Source: Tubiluchus corallicola
Taxonomy: Eukaryota; Animalia; Priapulida
DNA: 64,000 nucleotides
NCBI GenBank assembly: GCA_030141605.1
Contig: JAQGDQ010000221.1
Span: 305,102-369,101, forward strand
Direction of reading: 5' to 3'
Shown: positions 11,960-26,000 of the stretch, one piece after another
Layout of the letters: each line of letters opens with the position of its first letter
How positions within the stretch are numbered: position 1 is the stretch's first letter
Position numbers and translations under genes: made by a program
Notes under the pieces: generated by a model
The model's input: only the letters and a program-made list of their open reading frames with translations
Database searches by the model: none
Told to the model about the DNA's origin: nothing

Positions 11960-14900
11960 TCAGATCGGCCGAGAAGAAAAATTGTACTGACTGTTGCTAG
12001 GCGATCCAGCCGTTACACGGCAACACATGGTTTTTTCCTCATCTTCAGGACCGCGAGCAAAGATTCTCACTAATTGGCAGTGCACTCTGAAAATATATAT
12101 TAATAGTGAAATAAAAACAACCTTGATCACTTATTTGTCAAATTAACCAATTAACCCATTGTGCTGAATAACAAACTGACTTGCCTATCAATCAGCAATC
12201 TGCGAACCTAAGAAGAGAAATCAACCAGGCTAACCATTCAGCCTAATAACCAACCAGGTAGCCAGCCAATACTAGTCATGCAGCTTACCACCAACCGATT
12301 AGTAAATGCATTAATTCTACAAAGTAATTTTTGAAGTAAATGTGGACAATTTTCCACAAATCAACCTATAGTTTACAGTAAAGTTGTCAGAGTTGCCAAA
12401 CGTGCTACTCACATAACATCTATTGAAGGTTCGCTGAGTATTTCTCCATCACAGTTCCACACACTAGTGTGAGGTGCTGACCTCTGTTGTGCGGCGCTGA
12501 GATGATTGCCATTTTGACTGTGCTGTGTTTGAGGTCGGAAGCAGAACGCCTTTACCCGATGAGCTTGCACGAAACTCATATCCAGCTAAAAATAACAAAA
12601 AATCATGGCTACAAAACGGTATTATAATATAGCCTACAAACTACTATACAAGAGAAAAGAATATACACCAAGCATCAACTCAAAAGGTAGTCACAAAATT
12701 TCAAACTGAAGTTTTTTGCATTCTCCTAAGTTGGAGCAGGCTTCTCAAGTGAGAAAGTCAAGCCATTTTGTGAGAAAATTACTAAATTATTTTGAACAAA
12801 TTTCCTTACTGTATCCAGTGAAATGTCTTGGGTGAATGGCTTATTTTTTTGTCAGTCAGATAAAATGTGCCAGTCATTTGGTTTGTATCTTTCAATGCTT
12901 TTACAAGAAACATTTTTTTTGTACAAAAAACAAATTATAAGATAAAACTACATTTATTAGACAGAAACTGGTATGCACTGCTTTGCAAGCTATATATATA
13001 TAACTATTGCTAGATGCTCAAGTATGAGGGAGTAAATTGGGTCATACGATGATGCTGCTGCAAAGGAGGCACTCCAGTTCACAAGCCAATAGTTGCACTG
13101 GAATATAATAAACAACGATGGCTTTACTTTTTTAAGCTACCCATCATATTTCCACAGATTTTTAAGTTTCCTCCTTTGCAAAAACTGACTTGCCTGAGAG
13201 CTAAAATACAGAAAACAGTGATGTCACTTTGCAGTGGATAGTTTAGATACAGTTCTTTGCAGTCCAAGAGGTAATGTTGCTGGTAAAGTTAACTGCAAAC
13301 CAATGAATAGTCAATGTCTTAGCATCACTAGAAATGTATGATTCTATGGACTTTCTGAGCAATCTCAAAATCTCACTTACCGGATTATCGTTATTTGTTG
13401 CTGTTCTCCACAGGTGGCGCATGTAGTTAAAACGGGAAGTTTGTCGAACGACGATGAGATCTGCACATCCATCACCTACGTGAGCGCCAGCGCTCACGCC
13501 CTCTGGTGTCTTTCCGCAGGCACAACTCATGGTGACTGCGTTAATGGCCAGAAAATTGCCGCGTATCGTCTGCCATTTTTCTGATGCTGCAAATAACAAT
13601 AGTTAATTTAATAATGATGAAGACGATTATGATGACATAAATTATAGCGTTGGCGTCAATGAGGTGAAGTTCATAAGCTCAGCAGCCTTTACATTATCAA
13701 GTCTGGTTAGTGAATGGATGGGTGAATTGCTTCATCTTTCACTATGCATAATTTCATTTGCCATGTTGATTATGGCTGCTTACTTCCTAGAGGGAGGATG
13801 CATTCACATGCAAAAGTGGCTAAGATGCCTCTGGCAGTTCAGTGGCTCATGTTTGGAGCATATCCTTGACAATGAGTCAGGCTTTGATATCACCCACCAC
13901 CTTCCAATTTGAGTAAGTGCTGCCATAAAATGCTGGATTCTGGGCTGCAGGATTCGGAGTTGTACAACTCGTTTGCCTGTTAAATAAAAAATCTTTTAAC
14001 AAAGGCAAACATATGCCAACCTACAAATGAAAAAACTTGGATTTTGCACAGTATTAACTCCATTCTAAAAGTGGCCCCTGAGCTACACATTCATTGCATG
14101 TTACACCAGCATTACCAAATATGGCAAACTAGCCAAAACGATCAGAACGTTTAATAACATACGAACTGACACACAAATAAGAAACGATTCTCAATAAAAA
14201 ATAATAGGAAGAGGGATTAATAAGAAAATATTAATAAAAAACATTATTAAAAACCTAGAGAGACGTGCTCACCTAGAGTGTCTTGTCTGTCGCCTGCTTC
14301 TTGCAGCTTCTGCAACCTTTCACCAGCTGTCTGACACACCTGACATCTGAAACAATCAGAAATAAAAGACAATTAGCAGACTGCCATGTGAAGGTACATA
14401 AGAGTATAAACGTTTTCTAAAGGCAGGTTTTCTGTACATTTACGTAATTATAAATTGGTCATGTAATTTAAGTGAAAACAGAACAACTGCCCAGATAATT
14501 ATTGCTTTCCCCTAACAAAACATTTATTGATAAGTCATAAAGCAACATTGCATTATAATGCCCACTTGATGTTAGGTCTATATTAGTGCCATTGATTAGG
14601 AATAACATTATTGATTGTAAGAATTAGCTGACGTATTTTTAATGCGCTGACACAACAACACACATTGCACACATACCGTAAAAAGATTTGTACCACAATA
14701 CTAGCTGTACTGTCAATTCGCTTTATATATAAACGGCAAAGAGCAAACCATGAGCAGAAACAAAGGATAAAAATTTGAAGTAATAACAAAAATGTTACAA
14801 TTTCTGATTTACTACAAGAGCTGGGATAATTCCCATCAGTTTATTACGATTGCGCAAAATAAGGAAAACAAGTAGAGAAGCATTATGAGGCCCGGTCACT

Positions 14901-17900
14901 TGAAATTCCACTATTTTGAAATTGGGACATTGTAGTGACATTCAATTTGTTTCGAAATTATAGAGAATTAAACCATCTTCAAATGCACCAAATGCAAAAG
15001 AACAAGATTTGTGATGCATTTCCTTGTATTTTAGTGTTTGAAAAGAAGATTTTGCTAAAAACCTTGATTAGAATGCTAAGCTTCTCACCCCATTCTGCAT
15101 TTGTCGTTATCAGACAGGCTGCCGTTGCCGCTCTCGTCCTCAACGAATGAAAGCTCTCCCTCGTAGCTCTGATTCTTGATGAATTTTTTAAATCCCGAGA
15201 AGTCGTAGCGCTTCGGTCCCATCCACCGGTGCTGTTCGCTGTCGACCATGGCATCGCCATAGAAACCATATGCAAGAAGCGATGAGCAGTATGAGACCAG
15301 TTTATCCTGATGGTGCACAGCAGTGACATCTATTGGCAGAGAATCTCCTGAAAAATGCAACAAAATGACAAATGAGTATCCAAAACCCAAACATTTTTGT
15401 AAAATTAGAAAAATGAAAAACTGGAAGAAAATGCAACATAATTAGATAGTAAAGCCGGTCTAAGTTGCATGCCAACTAAATGGTCTAGGTTACCAACCCA
15501 TTTTTAAAAATGAATGATTGCAGGCATTTCTGCAATCCTACACCTGATTACACATCAGAAAATCCTAGGCAAAACAGCTTTAGTAAAAATGTTGGCAAAC
15601 TTAACCTACAACGTGAGCAACTAATGTCGATTACATGGTCTGCATCTTTTCTTCCACAACTTAGCCTTTAGTTAATTTCTTTTATAAAATTTTTTAATTA
15701 TATTTTGTGGTGATTAGGAAATAAAATGAGCCGAACTGGCTGTAACTTACAAAAGACTGATTACAGCTATGAAGTTAAGAAGAAAACACCGTATAGGCCT
15801 ATAATGTCACAATCACATTTAAGGATGTTTTGGTACCATAAGCATGCTTAAAAGCCTTAAATATAAACATGACAGAAATGAAGCTTGTCTTTTAGTAACA
15901 AACACCTCTGTGATATTTATTACGAAAATGTCCTGTAATCAACTTTTGCACACTGAAGTGAAAAACTATTGAAAGTTCACTAAGCAACACACACAGTGAC
16001 ACCATCAGAAAATAAATCTATTGGTCAAATACAAGACTGATTGCAAATGGCAGCTTCTAAAACATCAACACAGGAAACCTTAAAAACAGTAAAGACTAAA
16101 AACAAACAGGGAAATTCCGAAGAGAACAGCTGAACAAACCAGGTTTTCTGATAGCGACATGCACTCTGCCAGGAATTTGTTCTTAAGCTCCATGAAAGTC
16201 AATTTCCGGTTGCATTTTATCGAACAATGCAGATGACCAGGCAACTAGACATCCAGCTAGGTGACCGAGTGACACAAATAGTAATGAGAATAAAAGCTGA
16301 CTGCACAGACCAATGCAATTTAAAGGAAGACCGGACGATTGTCTAGACTCAATCTCATTTTAATTTACTGTCCAAAATATACATTTTCTTGCCTATAAAA
16401 GTTAACAATTGTTCCTTATATTTGAATAATTAGCTTAGAAAGTTAATTAACGGAAACCAAAAACACAGCTATAGCTTACGTCAGAAACTAACCACAGTTT
16501 GTGCAGTGACAATGAGCCGCGCGTAGCTTTGAAAGTATCCGAGGTAATTATTATTTAATCTAAGCTTTGATTTAAAGTAAGCTATTGTAGCTTTCAATGT
16601 TTTAGAGCATTCTTTATTCTGAACTAATATTTACACAATCATCTGGTTTTCCTTTAAAATTATGCATTTAATTCATTAAGTATCAGTTTGCTTGTTTATT
16701 TATTTATTTACTTATTTGTGCTTTTTATTTGTTTAATAAATTATCATCACACAGTATGTATTATTGTGCAAAAAAATTCAGTACGCTGGTAAAGTGGTAA
16801 AGCGTCATAAATTTCAATTATGGACGAACATTTGTAACATTGGGGAAATTTTTAAAACAGACCGATCTTACAGAATATAAAGAATCTAACACAATTGAAA
16901 TTTGTTACAGAATTTATCACAGATGAGATTCGAAAAGTAAAAACCAATCATATCCTGCTTGTCTTGGTTGCTGATGCCAAACAATAGAAACAGTCAAATC
17001 CGGGAAAACTGCAGAAGCAAAATCAGTTGGACAATGGGAATAGCTGATTGGCCACGGTAGATGCCGGATGACTGAAGTTAGACAGCAGCAAGCCTGCTCA
17101 GTTAATTGTTGGGTGAATACCTGAAAAACCATCTTTGGGGAGTTTTAGCAACCACACTGCCCTCGGATATTAATTAAAAAAACTTTAAAGCGTCTCAATA
17201 TGGCTAAGATGCACTCTGCAACAGTTGAGCAGATCAAATCAAATGAAATCAAAATTAGATCAAATGTAATCAAATCACTTTATCTCTTATCAATGACACA
17301 AAAAGTCGTCAAATTCAAACCAACTAGAATTAGCCTCCATATTAAATGAGCTTGTTTTCGTTCCTGCGACAATCATCTGGATCAATTAAGCCCTGCTAAT
17401 GCATTCTGAAATCATCAGACTGAATGAGACCGAGATCTGACCCATGGGGCTGAAGAAGCCAATTCATAGAAGCAAAACTGCTGGAACAATAGTTTTCAGT
17501 GATTTTGAAAAAATTCTAACTATGGAAGGAAAGACAAGAAGCCTCATCTTGTAGCAGCCTGGTTGCATGTTGCCCCTCAACGTTTGAAGGTATTCAGTCT
17601 GATTAAAATGCATTTCCACATAAGGCATGATTCACCCAACTATCTGAATCAGACTCTAACAAATGACTGGAAATGAAAAATCAGACGTGTTGCGGAAGCC
17701 AAATGTTGACAAAGCGATGATTCAATTGAGTAAGATGGAACTTGAGCAAATGACATTGAAACGTATTTTCATTGGTTTTCCTGGAATCTCGTCTTCTGCA
17801 GAAATCGAATTGAGATAAAAAAAGTCAAAAAGTTTATTTTGACAATTAGGAAAATGCTTAATACACGACCAAAGTGATCAGTACCAGCTTGTTGAAACTT

Positions 17901-20900
17901 GAAAAGAATAGCATCTCTATTTTTTCCCCGAAAAAGAAACACAACAAAAAAAAACAAGGAAAATAATCATGACATTTGTTGAGTCATAACTTCTCAATTC
18001 ATCCAAACACTTAAAAACAGTCTTTTTATGCACCTCAGAGTTGAAGATAAGTCAGGAAGTCAGTAATAGGCCTTTGAGTACTTAGGCCACAATCTATTAT
18101 GCAATGGGTCACTTAAGTGTGATCTAACACAGAACGCAAGCACATATTAGAGTACAACAGGTGTTTTTCTTAAGAAATTTTTTGTCAAGACATTAAAAGC
18201 TATTTAAATGAACGCATATTTTTCAGAAATACTGTTAATATTTCTTAAAATTAAAATTTATTTGTTTTTAAAGTACAGCATGAAGTGTACATAGTACTGT
18301 CACATTATCATACTAATTATACGGAATAACGCTTTTCTATTCCTTACTGAGCAAACTAGAAAAGTTGTAAATAAGCAGGTCTGGTAGGAAAAAGATCACT
18401 TCCGTGCTGGTGGGTCAATGAAGCTGCAACACGGTGCATTTGGGTCATATTGGTAAGTTGCTCATGTTTTGTGACTTCCATGTTCTACACTGTACAAAAC
18501 ACACTATATTCTTTTTTGTGCTATTAGTGATTTACAATGTAATTTACCTATGATGATATGCAATGCAGACGTGATTGGATCATTCGTCCCCACAGTTCCA
18601 TAAACCACTGCGTCAGTTGACCCTGAAAAACACGTTCAAAATTACACTGTGATGTGCAGTTAAATATTAGTTTGGTATTAATTAAATATAACATTTTGAA
18701 ATTAAAACTGCTGTCCACATATGGACAAGGTGCATATTTGGACATACGCACAATGTGGATATTGTGCACATATACTTGACATTGTCTGCCATAATACCAC
18801 GAACATTGATAATCGAAGCCTGGTACCCTACGGCAAATTCATAAAAATAATACACGTTTTAGCGACTTTTTATTTTGTTAATATTCTAATTTAAGAATGA
18901 TTTCAAACTATAAGAAGCTTGGAAAATCTGAAAATGTTTGCGCAAAAAATAGCACAAGCGCAACGAGGTGAAAAAGCTAGTTCAAAGTTTACGTAGGTTA
19001 AATATTAATTTTACCATCTTAATTAGTTAATGCCGAAATAAATCTGGAATCACTAGATTAATTTAACTGGAAAAAATGTGAAAAAGGTCGGCCTGGACCT
19101 GAACTATGCCTTCGGAGTCCAAGTTTTACGAACATCCGTTCTTTCGGTTAAATTTGGTTTCAAATTTAATAAGAGTTTATTTTACAATTTATCCAAGTAG
19201 GCTACACATAATACAGCTATACAATATTTTAAAAAATCTGTATATAATGTAGTGAGTTTTCTCAAGAACGCTCGTGCAATCAACTTTGCATCAATCAAAA
19301 TTTTATGACCACTCCATCATAAATAAAACATTAATTTCTTCTTTAAACCAACTCGTCATTAAGCCAACGGCGCCATTGCAAATACGTTTTTTTCTCGTTT
19401 CCATCTTCTACCGACAATTTTGCGAATGTACGGAATTTCACTTTAAACCCGTTGTCGAAAAAAAGAACAGCGCATGCGCAATCACGTAGAAATGAAAATT
19501 TCCCACAAGACATCAGTTCCTATTAAACAAAGTCAGGCGTCTGAAAAAGAACATCCACTGCATTTTTTAAGAGAAAACTGGATGTAAGTGTCAAAAGTAG
19601 AATTATATTAGTGTGAAAATTTCGAAAATGTCAACAATCAAATCATGATACTAATAACGGAAAAGTTAGTATCAACATAAGCGACTGATTACATTCTCTG
19701 CTGATAACGAGACTCAAAATCATTATTTAAAACCATCAAGTTTTAGCTATTAGCTATATTTGCAGATGTTTGTTTACGCCACAAGATATTACTTGTACTT
19801 CTGCTGGTTTCGAAAACAAGTTGTAGCACCAGGGCGAGTTGTTAGCACGCCGCTGGCAGGTAAGTCTGGAGGGGCTGCCTCTTCAGGGACGAGACCACCA
19901 CGCCCACAGGGTACCAGAGCCCCTCGGTTAGCCGGGACGCGGCCCTTCACCGCCGGCAGCAAGCCTGTCCGCCATGGTTGGACCTCAAGAGGTATAAAAC
20001 CCCAGACGGCATAGCCTTGCTACGGACCCGTTGCCACCCGCTATGCCCGATCGTAAAGATCTTCGATGAGGCCAGGGAATTGGGTTTGAGTAGTCACAAG
20101 ATATTAATCCATTAAACAACCAACTTACATCTATAATCAGCTAAATTTCAATTGTAATACGATCTCTCGGACCACTCTATACATTCAAATTTACTTTTCA
20201 TTCTTACTGCAAAATTAAATTCTGACACAAGACGGTTTATAGTCAGGGCAAGCAAACATTGCAATTAATAAGTGATCAATACCGAATTAAATAAAATTAC
20301 AAAATTTGAAATATTTAAAAAGGGAATTGCTTATAAATAGTCGTTAGTCACAATATGTTTTATTTTTTAAACTGTAGTCGAGTTTTACAACAATGCTTAT
20401 ATCTAATATTAATTAGGATGTTCTTTATTTTTGATATTGATTTCTTTATACTTTTTACTACGTACTGTAAACTGTGCAAAGAAAAACCTCATTTATCTGC
20501 ACGTGTAAAGTAAAAAATAAATAAATAAACAAACAAATAATTAAAATAAGTAGTAGACCTAACATACCTAACAGCTTTCTTATTTTATAGAAATCCTCTA
20601 AATCTGACAACGTGTTACATGACAACCTACAAAACTGCTTTGGTGGGTCGTCTTAATTATAATGTGAGGTAAGCCACAGACACGTGCATAGTTTGGTAGA
20701 ATAAATGTTATACATGTAGTAATGGAGTCATGGCGCATAAACTTCTGATCGCCTTCAAGTTCTTAGCCAATCCAGGCAGACTCGCCAGTTGTAATAATTA
20801 ATAACTTGACAAAATCTCTCTACAGCGCACCAGTCTTAATACAGTGTACAGAAACTAATCACGTACACTCAGACTAACCACGTACGTACAGCAAATTAGT

Positions 20901-20961
20901 TTATCAAAAATGAAAGCTCAACAAAAGAGTGACATTATCTTTGGGATGTCAAAAGTTCTGA

Positions 20962-21033
<72 letters not shown>

Positions 21034-21101
21034 ATTTATGATTTTGATTTAAGAGAGACAGATGGAAAGAGAATGAGATAGAAAGAGAGACAGAGACAGA
21101 A

Positions 21102-21152
<51 letters not shown>

Positions 21153-22958
21153 AAGAAAAAGAGTTCGGCTAATTGTTGTAAGCGTGATGTATTTCTTTAT
21201 GTGTGTGAGTGCACTCAGAGAGAGAAGGATCTTTGTAACAAGCCAAAGTTATTATTGCCTTTGAATTGCCAAACAGGATGCTCATATCATCAATGTAGCC
21301 TACAATGCATTAGCCACTTTCACGTCGAGAATTCTAAAGTTATCACGAGTACTTTTCACGCACTCAGATGAACATGAAAGAGTTATTAATGGCTAACATC
21401 TCTCTAACTTTCACGCAGTGCTCAATTAGTATGTCTAGTGAGAATACCATGAAGAATGTTGAATGCTCTTAACACATAGAAAACTAAACAGTATAAAAAA
21501 GATGAGTTGCTAAGAAACCATCTCTTTTGAAAATATGAAGTTTGACATGAATGGGATTCATAATTTTATTAGAGAAACCACCTAAAAGCAATTTTCAAGT
21601 AGTCACCCATTTATTTGCCTACTAAATTTAGTGCTGCTTACTCCACGTCGTACTTTCAATGCTATTCCCTCGCCCAGACTGTGAATTTGTCATCCAAAAA
21701 AGTTAAGAATGTAATAATCGTTCATCTACTGCCAACAGAAATCGTGTCAAGGCTGTTCAGCTTTTGTCTGCCAACTTTCCGATTTTTTGCGACCGAAGCC
21801 ACACTTTTGTCTGCTAATTTTCCGGTTTTTTGCCACTGAAGCCACCGACCAATTTTCTTTATAAATGTCGCAACTACCCGAAATCGCAATATTCAGTTTT
21901 TTAATCACTAGCAATAAACATTGAAATATAATTGCCTAGTCAAGCTTTTTAAAAAGTAATAAAGATAATACCGCTATAAAACACAAAGACACATAAAAGG
22001 CAGCTGAGTTAACAGTTCATATGCGGCTAAAACATTGCAAACTTTTATAACCTAACTAACCTAGCAACCAGACATGAACAAAAATTACAAGGACACAGTT
22101 TCTCCATTAAGCTTCACTACGCCTACACAATAATTCAGCAGCGTTAAGTATAAGTAAGGCAATTACAGAAAACGCTGATTGGAATTAAGTGGCACCGATT
22201 CTCGTAAATTACTTACAGCCGCTGGTAAAACTTTGCAAAAACCTTCCAATAATTATATGTAATTTATAGCTACACGATTACAGCTACTTGGTGATAGACT
22301 TGCGTTTATCACGTAGCAATAAATATTGTTATTTATAACAATCTACACAATACCAGCACAATCCAGCACACAATAACAGGTCCAGATGGTTGTGGCAGGA
22401 GCGGAACTAGTCTATTTATCAAGGATATTTCTTTGATGATTAGATCAACAGATGAGTTAGTGAACTGGCAAAGGTGTTTTATACACGATCTGATCTGATG
22501 CGTCACTATTGCGTATAAGAATCCACGTAGATTGAACAATTTTTAACAAAAAATTAGCTGGATGTAGTATCGCAAGCGAAATCATCAAAAAGTAGTTTTT
22601 CAGTGGTCACTCATTTCTTCGCCTTTGAAGTTCGGAACTGCAAAACCTTATCCCTTTTGTGCAAAACAAAGGTTGCATATATTTGAATATAAATGAACTT
22701 AGTATAAACAACGTGAAAATTTTGAACTGTGAATAATACCAGCTTTTAATAGCTTTTCGAATCTGTTAAATTTTGTGGATTCGTCAACATATCCGAATAA
22801 ACAGAAACACGTTATTAACAGCTTGTAAAGACATGATGCAGTTTATCTTAACTTGTTTTGCTTCATGCATCGAATGGACGAAAAATGATTAAATCTACAA
22901 ATATATTATATATCATCGTGCTCCACTGTACTGCTCTGACGCAGCAATGTGCAAGCTT

Positions 22959-23054
<96 letters not shown>

Positions 23055-26000
23055 TTATTTCACTCCAGCAATACATATACAATACGTCAACATACAGTAT
23101 TATTGAAAAAAAGAAACGGTATAGGTAAAAAAACGTCGATGAAGTCAAATTAACCAAATAAAAGAGTTGCTGTATGACACCTTGAAAGCTTAGCTTGTTA
23201 GGGTGGCAGAAATGAGTGAATGAAAGAATGGTTAGGGTCAGAAGAAATTATGGAATGGGAAAAATAGTAAGATTAGGGATGGCAAGAAGGACAAGAGGAG
23301 AAGAAACGACCAATTATTTTTAACGGCCTTCTAGTAGAGAAACACTGCTAGCACAAAATTCCCTAAACGGCATGAGATTTGTAGCCTCAGCTACATTTAA
23401 TACTCATACATTTACCTATAGAAAAGCTTCTTCCACAGTATTATAAATGAATGAGATCAGCTGAAATAGGATTTATTCTCATAATAGAGATTTTCAGCTG
23501 TAATTACACTCAAACATCAAAGGTATTGACTGGCCTCCTCAAAGGAAAAGCTAACAGTCTATTATCAACGAAACAAATAACATTACCGAAACGGAAATAA
23601 CTTTTGGTTTTTTCAGGAGAGGAAATGGTTTTATGTTTCTCTAAGTAACTGGCTTTCGAGATGGTGTTCAGTAGAGTTTTCACTACCCAAGCTAAAATGT
23701 TTGAAGAAAACAAATCTTTTTCTGACTCAGTTGCAATTTTCTGGCGAGTTATTTATCACCCCGACGCATTTGTCTTAAGCAGCTGTTAGTACGTTACTGT
23801 AACCTCCCTGCCTGTAGCCAGCAAAACCCTTCCCGTCTAGTAATTCGAAGGTCCTACTTCGACTTCTCACATTTCTACCCTTTCGATCGAGTTTGGGTTC
23901 AAAAACTGAATAATCGTAGATACATTCCAACATTAATCAAAACTTTTGCAAGGTCATAAATAACAAACTTATTCGAACTGCTTACTTTTCTGCTTTCAAT
24001 TTTCCTTCTTCTGAAAGACAGAATATGCAGCGTTGTTCAAAAAAACACTGCTAATGTTATTAGATACAGCAGTTAGAAGAAAAGTCTATTCATTCTTGCA
24101 ACACGGGCTGCAGCAAAGAAGACTTAGTCTTCTCTCATTAGTTTATTAATGCAAGTTAATTAGCGGTAGATGAATGAACACCCAAAGCTCAAAGTTGCCG
24201 CCATCATTAAGATGTAATGAGAATGAAAGGTGCGGAAAATAAATTACCTTCTAAGAAGCCGTTGAAAAGATTTTTACAGAAAGAAAGAATAAAAACGGCA
24301 TAGCTTCTATGTCGGGCGAATAATTTAACCCTAAAGTGTGCGCGCATAGTAGCCAAAAGCTTTTTGAAGAATTTTTCAAGGAACTGTTGATGTGCGTTAA
24401 TTTCACATACCAATTAAAGAATGACCACGGAAGGCACAGCGTACCCCCAAATACACTAAAGAATGACCACGGAAGGCACAGCGTACCCCCAAATACACTA
24501 ATAATCAAGAAGACAGCAAATCGAGGTAAAGGCAATTGCTACTGTCAAGTGTATGTATTTCCAATAATAAGATCACTTGTACACAGTAAAAATAATAGGT
24601 TAATAGTCAGTTTTAAAATAAGAAGATTTTTTTTAATTCCAAAACCATTTCATCCTCTAAGTTTATACAATTGAAAGCAACATACATATGGACTCGAAGA
24701 CAATCACGAAACACCTTTACACTGGAATCGCAAAATTATTCCTGAATCAAACAATGACAGACGCACATATCTTCTTATAAAATACTTTCTTCTTATAAAA
24801 TACCGGAACAAATTTTGACCACTTGTAGAGTAATTCCGAGAGGCATTAGCGCTCCCACACAAAAAAGAACAAGGCAAGAAATGAAAGATTCCCTGTGCTG
24901 CAAATATCTCATTACAGTGACTAGCTCATAACAGCTTCTTCCCATTAATGCTTGTTGTAAATAGCTTCTCACTAACGTTTATTAGTCCCAAGACTTCAAG
25001 GGTTCAGAACTTTAGATAATAACCCTTTTCACAGTTCCAGCGATTGACGATGATCGTTAAAAGTCAAAGGTTAAGTGTACCAGACAACACATTTGTGTAC
25101 ACTTGACAATGCCTCGCAGCCCATGCTATTGTAATAGTGCCAGTTTTAATAGCTAGCTAGAACCTTACCTAGTTCATTTCTTCTTATTCCCAAGCAAGAT
25201 CCTGCTGGTAAATCACTCTATGCACAGACTAGTCACTAATGCATAATTAAGTAAAGTCACATAAAACAGCTGATGTTACAGAACTGATGCGATACACGGT
25301 TTTGCTTTATCCACACATCACGTGACGGCTATAGTTAAGACTCGTTGCTGTGGTACATTTAACCTTTGACCTACAGCAACTGTGCGCACGTGCAACGAAA
25401 CTGTGAAAAGGCTTATTGTCTTATATACTGCAACATTTTAAAAAGACCTGAGCCAGGTATACTCATTACCAACAGCTCTGCTCAAAGTTGTTTACACATT
25501 CAAAGCAGCTAGAGACAAAAAACACGAAACATGGTTCACACACTACTCACCAGCGGGAATGATCCCGATTCGCAGCTTGGGCACAACCAGGCGAGATCTA
25601 GGGAGGTCCTGTCGTACGCCATGCTGGCGCTGCGTGCGTGTCAGCAACCCGTTGAGAACTTCACCGTACATTCCGTCCCCACCCACGCACACCAATCTGC
25701 AAATAATGGAAAAACAGATGCTGTATTAATAATGTAAGTAAGACAAAGGACTAAATTTTCAAAATGGTCGGTTCTATAGCATGGTGCCCTTAAGTACCTT
25801 TCTAAATTCTCATTTTTAGTAATAGTACTTCTGGTTTTTAGTAATTAAAGGAAAACCGGATGATTGACTGTGTAGACACGAGTTCAGAATAAAGAATGCT
25901 CTAAAATATTGAAAACTACAATAGCTTACTTTAAATCAAAGCTTAGATTAAATAATAATTACCTCAGATACTCTAATTTTGTTAAACTTTCAAAGCTACG

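Noticed and set aside
17445-17495. Second hammerhead-like motif (CTGAAGAAGCC...GCAAAAC)
   Set aside because: Stem II, GAAA and cleavage triplet too degenerate to support
22858-23153. ORFs with (QSIN)n repeats
   Set aside because: Translation of the (ATCA)n microsatellite
22217-25217. Cryptic minus-strand exons in CERK intron 5 (5 nt near 22217, 25 nt near 23986, 49 nt at 25169-25217)
   Set aside because: They would frameshift or split the IPAGST catalytic motif; such sites arise by chance in AT-rich introns
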